DNA of 64,000 nucleotides from an uncultured Chloroflexia bacterium (GTDB lineage: Bacteria > Chloroflexota > Limnocylindria > Limnocylindrales > CSP1-4): assembly GCA_963719285.1 (NCBI GenBank), contig CAVRBO010000002.1, forward strand, positions 13,566 to 77,565, given 5' to 3'. Position numbers and translations under genes: made by a program. The notes below the pieces were generated by a model. That model was not told the DNA's origin, made no database searches, and saw nothing but the letters and a program-made list of their open reading frames with translations. Shown in pieces: positions 58,665-64,000 of the stretch (position 1 is the first letter of the stretch; each line of letters opens with the position of its first letter).

Positions 58665-58837
58665 TGACGGCCAGGTCGTCATATCGGGCGTTGGCGACTG
58701 ACAAGGGCCGCGGCGGGCCGTCCGAGACGGCGCCCAGGGCGCGATCCGTGCTCATTGACCGAGCCGGAGGCCGACGCAACACCTCGCCGAACGACCGTAA
58801 CGGCCCGCTTGGCCGCCGTATGACGACCTGGGCGTCA
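58665..58837. other. 173-bp intergenic element bounded by 19-bp near-perfect inverted repeats (candidate structured RNA or MITE-like element)
   Basis: TGACGGCCAGGTCGTCATA (58665..58683) versus TATGACGACCTGGGCGTCA (58819..58837), one mismatch; inner complementary pair GCGGGCCGT / ACGGCCCGC. Confidence 0.5.
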
Positions 58838-58877
58838 TCCAACAGCACAAGGGGCGGTCGCGCGGCGGAACCGGCGT

Positions 58878-59627
58878 TCAGCTCGGGGCGCGTCGGTTTA
58901 CCCGGCGCGAGATCCAGCGCACCGGCGCCGTGACCGTCGAGATGGCCGAGTTGATCGTGGCGCTGTGGCGCAGGTTCCGGACGTGCCGCCACTGGCGGCG
59001 CTTGTCGACGCACGTCTTCTGGGTATCGACCAGCGGTTCGGCCACGCCGACGCTCCGCGCGAGCGACTCGAGCGTCTGCTCCCAGAACCTGTCGTTCATG
59101 CGGCTGCCGCCGAAGGTGTAGGCGAGCTCGTCGAACGGGTCCGACGCGCGCTCGAGGGCCTGTGCCTGGGCAACGGTGACGTCGCCGTCGCGGAACGCCG
59201 AGAAGGTGATCCATGCCGAGAGGGTATGTCCTTCCGGGGTCATGAACGTGAACGACTCGTCGTCCGCGTAGAGGACCATCACGCCCGTTGACAGGCGGAC
59301 GGGTGCGCCGGGCAGCGGCGCGAGGTCGAGGAGCGCGACTTCGCCCGGCACGATCCCGGCCAGGGGAGCATGGAACCGGCCGCTCTTCGGCCAGAACGTC
59401 GCGAAGTCGCGCTTCCAGACGGTGATGAGCGCCTGGGGCGTCACATCCGTGCCCTCGAGGCGGACGCGGAACGTCTTCTGCCACATCCGCCCGAAGCCGT
59501 GGAGTGGCCCGGTCACTTTCCGGCCGGTGACCGTGTCCTGGGGACCGGTGGCGGTGGTGGCCAGGCGTTCGACCGGACGCGCCCAGGCGTCGCGGTCGCG
59601 GGGAGTTCGCGGTTCGGCGGTCGTCAT
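58878..59627 (-). CDS. Conserved hypothetical protein (possible SRPBCC/DUF1990-like fold)
   Basis: GFGRMWQKTF, STGVMVLYADDESFTFMTPEGH; SD AGGAG; coding-like codon bias. Confidence 0.65.
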   Translation of the reverse strand: MTTAEPRTPRDRDAWARPVERLATTATGPQDTVTGRKVTGPLHGFGRMWQKTFRVRLEGTDVTPQALITVWKRDFATFWPKSGRFHAPLAGIVPGEVALLDLAPLPGAPVRLSTGVMVLYADDESFTFMTPEGHTLSAWITFSAFRDGDVTVAQAQALERASDPFDELAYTFGGSRMNDRFWEQTLESLARSVGVAEPLVDTQKTCVDKRRQWRHVRNLRHSATINSAISTVTAPVRWISRRVNRRAPS

Positions 59628-59653
59628 GGCGGGGCTCCTTAGGGCGGCGAAGG

Positions 59654-60010
59654 TCAGCCGGCGGCGGCCAGGGCGTCCGCTTCGGTGTCGTGGATGCCGA
59701 TCGCCTCGTCAAGGCGGGTCAGCGCGAGGATCTGGCGGTAGTGCTCGTTGAGGCCCACCGCGAGCAGGCGCTGGCCCTGCCGCTGGATCCGCACGAGGAG
59801 GGTGACGAGCAGGCCGATCCCACCGCTGTTCATGTACTCGAGGCCGCTGAAGTCGAGGAGGATCGTCCGGGCACCGCCGGCTGACGCCTGGGCGTACGCG
59901 GCCATGAGCGCGGCCTCGCTGCCCGACGTCACGTCGCCGTCGATGCTGATCACGCTCACGCTCGGGTCGCTCGTCGATCGGACCCCGACGCGGGTGGCCG
60001 TCTCGCTCAT
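59654..60010 (-). CDS. STAS anti-sigma-factor antagonist
   Basis: ILLDFSGLEYMNSGGIG (phosphoacceptor Ser), YRQILALTRL. Confidence 0.92.
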   Translation of the reverse strand: MSETATRVGVRSTSDPSVSVISIDGDVTSGSEAALMAAYAQASAGGARTILLDFSGLEYMNSGGIGLLVTLLVRIQRQGQRLLAVGLNEHYRQILALTRLDEAIGIHDTEADALAAAG

Positions 60011-60366
60011 GGTCGTCCTCCGTCGCTGGCTGCCGAGACGGGCGTCTCGTCGAGCATCGTCATGAAGTCCGAGAGCCGCGTGATCCGGAAGATCTCGCGG
60101 TAGTGCTCGGTCAGCCCGCGGGCACGGATCTCGCGGCGATCGCGTCGCGCGTCGGCCAGGAACCGCACGATGAGCGCGATCCCGGTGCTGTTGATGTAGT
60201 CGACATCGCCGAAGTCGAGCTCCACCGCGGACGCGCCCAGCGCCTCGGCGCGCTCGTAGGCGCCGGCGATCGCGGCGTCGGCGTCCCGGTCGATCTGCCC
60301 GCTCAGGACCACCCGGGCGAGTTCAGGGCCGCCGTCGACGACGGCCTCAAGCGGACGTGCGGCCAT
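60007..60366 (-). CDS. STAS anti-sigma-factor antagonist
   Basis: LDFGDVDYINSTGIA, YREIFRITRL. Confidence 0.92.
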   Translation of the reverse strand: MAARPLEAVVDGGPELARVVLSGQIDRDADAAIAGAYERAEALGASAVELDFGDVDYINSTGIALIVRFLADARRDRREIRARGLTEHYREIFRITRLSDFMTMLDETPVSAASDGGRP

Positions 60367-61993
60367 CGTGGCCTCCTTCCAGGTCGAGGGTCAGGGTCAC
60401 CGTCTGGTTGTCTTCGCCCGGTGTCACTTCTACCCGGTCGACCATGTGCTTGATGAGGAACAGGCCCCAGCCGCGGGGCTTCTGAAGCCCGGCGAGCTTG
60501 GCCTCGATGTCCGGCTCCTCCGCGTCGTCGCCGGGGATGGGGCCGCCGAGGGCGCGATCGACGATCGCGATCCGGAGCTCGGCGTCGGTCACGGTCACGC
60601 GGATCTCGACCGGCACGTCCGGCGAACCGCCGCTGCCGTACTCGATCGCGTTCATCGCCGCCTCGCTCACGGCCGTCTTGAGTCGCTCGAGGCGGGCGGG
60701 TTCGATCGCGAGCGGGGCGACCGCCTCGGCGACGCGCTCCATCGCCTCGCGCTCGTTGCCGAGCTCCCCCGGCAGGACCAGGTCGAGGAGCGTCCGCTCC
60801 ACCGGATCGGCCGGCCGCCCGTCCCGGGCGAACTCTGACGCCGCATGACCGTTCGAGCGGCGGATCGTGACCAGGGTGATGTCGTCCTCCTGCTCCCAGC
60901 CTCGGCCGGTGAAGGCGTGGAGCCCGAGGAGCAGGTCGTCGATGAGCTCGCCCCCGGCGAGGTCGGACGCCATGGCCTCCCGCAGCCGGGGGAAGCCGTA
61001 CATGTCGCCACTCGGGTCGTGCGCCTCCACGAGCCCGTCCGAGTAGAGCAGGACGTTTCCGCCCGGCTCGATGACCGCTTCGCGTTCCTCGTAGGTCATC
61101 CCTGGGAGCAAGCCGAGGGGCATCCCGGTCGCTCGGAACTCGATGACTCCGTCCGCGGTCCGGACGTATGGCAGGTTGTGGCCGGCGTTCGCGAACACGA
61201 CCCGCCCGGTCCGCGGGTCAAGCACGAGATAGAGGCACGTCACGAACATCTTCTCGGGCATCTCGGCGACGAGGAGTTCGTTCGCGTGCTCGAGGACCTT
61301 CGAGGGTGACACGAGCCGCGGGGCGTCGCCGCGGAGGATGCTGTGGGTCCGTGCCATCACCAGGGCCGCGGGCACGCCTTTGTCCGTGACGTCGCCCACG
61401 ACGATGCCGATCCGCCCGTCGGGCAGTTCGATGAAGTCGTAGAAGTCGCCGCCGACCGCCCGTGCAGGACCGTAGTAGGCCGCGATCTGCCAGTCATCGA
61501 GCTTCGGCAACTCGCGCGGCAGGAACTGCTGCTGGATGAGCGTCGCGACCCGCATCTCCTCGGCATACCGCTCCCGGGACTGGAGCTCGGCGGCCTGCTC
61601 CTGGACCAGCTGGGCGACCCGCACGGCGGGCGCGGCCTGGGCGGCGAGGCTGGCGAGGAGCCGCCTGTCGTCCGTGGAATACTCCTGCTCCGACAGACGC
61701 GGTCCCAGGTTGAGCGTACCGATCAGCTCACCCTGGCTGACCAGCGGCACGACCAGGACGACGCCGGCGGCCTGCATCACGCGCAAGGCGGGCGAATCGA
61801 GTTCAAGGGTGGACACATCGACCGGGCCCGGCGCGGCCTGCAGGTAGGCGAGCAGCGGATCGTTCGGAGCGATGTCGATCTCGGGGCCGGTCGCGACCGC
61901 GGCCGGGGCGGCGAGCGGGAGGGTCGCGCTCGTGACGTCGCCGGCGTCCCGGCCGATGCGGAGGGTCCGGCGGACCGTTCGGATCAACGTCAT
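60347..61993 (-). CDS. Half-GAF + SpoIIE/RsbU PP2C phosphatase + RsbW-like HATPase fusion
   Basis: VGGDFYD, GDVTDKG, YSDGLVEA, EDDIT; EAAMNAIEY and RGWGLFLI; N-terminal VVPLVSQGELIGTLNLG...DDRRLLASLAAQAA. Confidence 0.9.
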   Translation of the reverse strand: MTLIRTVRRTLRIGRDAGDVTSATLPLAAPAAVATGPEIDIAPNDPLLAYLQAAPGPVDVSTLELDSPALRVMQAAGVVLVVPLVSQGELIGTLNLGPRLSEQEYSTDDRRLLASLAAQAAPAVRVAQLVQEQAAELQSRERYAEEMRVATLIQQQFLPRELPKLDDWQIAAYYGPARAVGGDFYDFIELPDGRIGIVVGDVTDKGVPAALVMARTHSILRGDAPRLVSPSKVLEHANELLVAEMPEKMFVTCLYLVLDPRTGRVVFANAGHNLPYVRTADGVIEFRATGMPLGLLPGMTYEEREAVIEPGGNVLLYSDGLVEAHDPSGDMYGFPRLREAMASDLAGGELIDDLLLGLHAFTGRGWEQEDDITLVTIRRSNGHAASEFARDGRPADPVERTLLDLVLPGELGNEREAMERVAEAVAPLAIEPARLERLKTAVSEAAMNAIEYGSGGSPDVPVEIRVTVTDAELRIAIVDRALGGPIPGDDAEEPDIEAKLAGLQKPRGWGLFLIKHMVDRVEVTPGEDNQTVTLTLDLEGGHDGRTSA

Positions 61994-62076
61994 GGCCCTG
62001 TTCTACCCCTCCGTCGTCCGGATTCCGTTACGAAAGGATCCAGTGTCGTGGATTCGGAACGCCAATAGAGTGCGGG

Positions 62077-63333
62077 TCACGGCTTGCGCAACCAGACGCC
62101 GACCGACGCCGGCGCGACGGTGCTCGTGATGATGGTCCTCAGCTCGCCGCCCAGGTCCTCCACGTTGATCTCGTCTCGGAATCGGGTTCCGAGTGCCGCG
62201 ATGGCTTGGCTCGCGTCGTATCTCGCGCGGTCGAAGCTACGGTCCACCCCGGTCTGGATGCGCCGACGGACGGGCTGGAAGAGCGACGCCACGACGAGGG
62301 TGGAGACAGCCACAGCCAGGGCGCTCCCGCCCGTGAGGGTGGCGAAGAACGCCTGCAGACCGACGACGAGCCCGACGAACACCGCGGCGAGCAGGCCGGT
62401 CACGAGCGCCCAAGCGAGCGTGCGGCTGATGATTCGGTCGATCGAATAGAGCTTGTAGCGCAGGACCGCGATGCCCACGGCGATCGGCAGCAGCGCGGGG
62501 CTCGACACGGCGAGCAGGCTGAGGGCGGTGGTCTGGCCCGACCCATCGGTAAGGCTGAGCGAGAGGAGGACGATGACGGCGACACTGGCGGCGGCGAACC
62601 ACTTGAGCTGCTCTCGCTCCACGCCCCGCGAGCGTCGGAAGCGGATCGTGATGCCGGCCAACGCCAGCACGAGCGCACCGAACAGGGCGATGGCGTACAG
62701 GACTTCCCCGAGAGGCGCGATGGTCTGGAGCCAGGCGATGCCTGCGATCGCAAGGGGGTTGCGGCCCTGGCCGTCCGCGATCGGGCCGGGCCGAGTGGCG
62801 ATCAGCAGGCTGCCGACCGTCAGTGCTGCCGCGATCGCCCGAACCGGCCACCGCCAACGAGGGCCCGGGAGGCGCCCGTCCGGGAAGACGAGGGCCAGCA
62901 GGCCGCCGCCCACGACAAGCGTCGGGTTGACCCCCATCCCACCGAGGAGGGTCAGGAGGGCGGCGAGGGGATCGTCTACTCCGACCGTGGCAGTGAGCAC
63001 CGCCCCGAGGACATAGCCAAGGAACGTCAGCACCATCAGGACGGCCCCGACCATCATGACGAGGCCCACGCGGTTCTCCGACAGCCGGAGCGTGAGGACG
63101 GCGCCGACGCTCGAGAAGGCCAGGACGTCGACAGCCAATCCGACGAACGTGGGATCGATTCCACCATCGGAGACGCCGCCCCGGTGTCCACTGGCGACGA
63201 CGATCGCGACGGCACCGATCAGCGTTCCCATCCACGTCGCGCCAACGGCCACCAGTCGGATCGTGCCGAGCGTCGGCGGAGCGGACGCGCCGCCTGTGCC
63301 GACCCCGACGGGCATGAGCGCCCTGTCCCTCAT
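62077..63333 (-). CDS. Multi-pass membrane protein ending in a GAF N-terminal-like segment
   Basis: About 10 hydrophobic segments; FPDGRL, REQLKWF, AVLRYKLYSID; C-terminus FDRARYDASQ...RDEINVEDLGGELRTIITSTVAPASVGVWLRKP. Confidence 0.8.
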   Translation of the reverse strand: MRDRALMPVGVGTGGASAPPTLGTIRLVAVGATWMGTLIGAVAIVVASGHRGGVSDGGIDPTFVGLAVDVLAFSSVGAVLTLRLSENRVGLVMMVGAVLMVLTFLGYVLGAVLTATVGVDDPLAALLTLLGGMGVNPTLVVGGGLLALVFPDGRLPGPRWRWPVRAIAAALTVGSLLIATRPGPIADGQGRNPLAIAGIAWLQTIAPLGEVLYAIALFGALVLALAGITIRFRRSRGVEREQLKWFAAASVAVIVLLSLSLTDGSGQTTALSLLAVSSPALLPIAVGIAVLRYKLYSIDRIISRTLAWALVTGLLAAVFVGLVVGLQAFFATLTGGSALAVAVSTLVVASLFQPVRRRIQTGVDRSFDRARYDASQAIAALGTRFRDEINVEDLGGELRTIITSTVAPASVGVWLRKP

Positions 63334-64000
63334 CAATCGCCCGGCCGGGCGGACGGACGGAGCCAAACCGCGACCGAGCGTGGCGCGAGGTTCTGTCCGA
63401 CGGTCGTCCGGAGCTCGCCTCCGAGGCGGTCGAGATCGACCTCGTCGCGAAGCCGGGCGGCGAAGCCCTCGATCGTCTGCGCGGCGTCGTAGCGGGTCCG
63501 GTTGAAGCGCCGGTCCACCGCCTTCGACACCCGCCGCCTGAGCGGCTGGAAGAGGGCGAACACTGCGAGCGTCGAGGACGCCACCGCGAATGCCCCGCCC
63601 CCACCCGTGAACGTGGCCAGGACCGACTGGACGAGGGCGAACCCGGCTGCGTACACGGCCACGAGCATCACCGTCAGCAGGGCGTAGGCCAGCGTCCGGC
63701 TGATGATCCGATCGATCTCGTAGAGGCGGTAGCGCAGGATCGCAAGTCCGGCCGCGACCGGGATGCCGAGCGCGGCGGCGAGCACGACGATCTGGAACGG
63801 CTTGGCCTGGCGGCCGGTCAGCACGTACTCGCCACCCGACAGGAGCAAACCGACGCCGACGCCGCTGCAGGCGAGGAGCAGCCACTTGATCTGCTGACGC
63901 GCGTCGCCGCCCACCGAGCGAAACCTGTAGAGGAGGCCCGCCGCTCCCAGGCCGATCGCGAGGAGCAAGGGAACGAAGATCGCGGTCCCGGCGACCGACG
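63333..64000 (-). CDS. Paralogous multi-pass membrane protein (5' end beyond the window)
   Basis: RQQIKWL, AILRYRLYEID; C-terminus FNRTRYDAAQ...RDEVDLDRLGGELRTTVGQNLAPRSVAVWLRP; frame open to 64000; TGATG-coupled to the next gene. Confidence 0.8.
   Translation of the reverse strand, partial: SVAGTAIFVPLLLAIGLGAAGLLYRFRSVGGDARQQIKWLLLACSGVGVGLLLSGGEYVLTGRQAKPFQIVVLAAALGIPVAAGLAILRYRLYEIDRIISRTLAYALLTVMLVAVYAAGFALVQSVLATFTGGGGAFAVASSTLAVFALFQPLRRRVSKAVDRRFNRTRYDAAQTIEGFAARLRDEVDLDRLGGELRTTVGQNLAPRSVAVWLRPSARPGD

Noticed and set aside
70-64000. Many long overlapping ORFs in the track (e.g. 785..2521, 4329..7019, 7589..10048, 37962..40802, 52066..54315)
   Set aside because: Arg/Pro/Gly-rich shadow frames of real genes in GC-rich DNA; no family motifs.
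1-64000. CRISPR arrays, rRNA, tRNA, tmRNA, RNase P, SRP RNA, transposases
   Set aside because: No regularly spaced repeats or recognisable conserved sequences seen by eye; a covariance-model search would be needed to exclude divergent RNAs.

Overview
Very GC-rich, gene-dense bacterial chromosome segment. Gene content and many apparently leaderless starts suggest Chloroflexota or Actinomycetota (inference only). From left to right: the 5' part of a cyclic beta-1,2-glucan synthase running off the left edge; an ABC exporter (two large FtsX-type permeases, two ATPases); a nitrilase-family hydrolase; two tandem TadE-TadE-TadG cassettes that share a near-identical 1,650-bp block but carry divergent TadG ectodomains, one copy disrupted; an OmpR-family two-component pair; a coupled run of Ggs-like glycosyltransferase, USP-USP-GpgS fusion, glycerate kinase and endonuclease III; an apparently inactive DNA-ligase domain; MFS, two SDRs, galE, a CCA-type nucleotidyltransferase and an HNH nuclease; leucine-catabolism (liu-like) genes including an HTH-fused biotin carboxylase, interrupted by a redox module (peroxiredoxin, ferric-reductase-like membrane protein, ApbE, two-component system, ferredoxin, FNR); pdxST; a Ycf45/SpoIIIAA-type AAA+R3H protein; and a partner-switching locus (PP2C-anti-sigma fusion, two STAS proteins) preceded by tandem membrane proteins that appear to carry the other half of a split GAF domain. 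I saw no rRNA, tRNA, CRISPR array, transposase or integrase. All family calls come from motif recognition, not database searches. Local frameshifts may be long-read sequencing errors.
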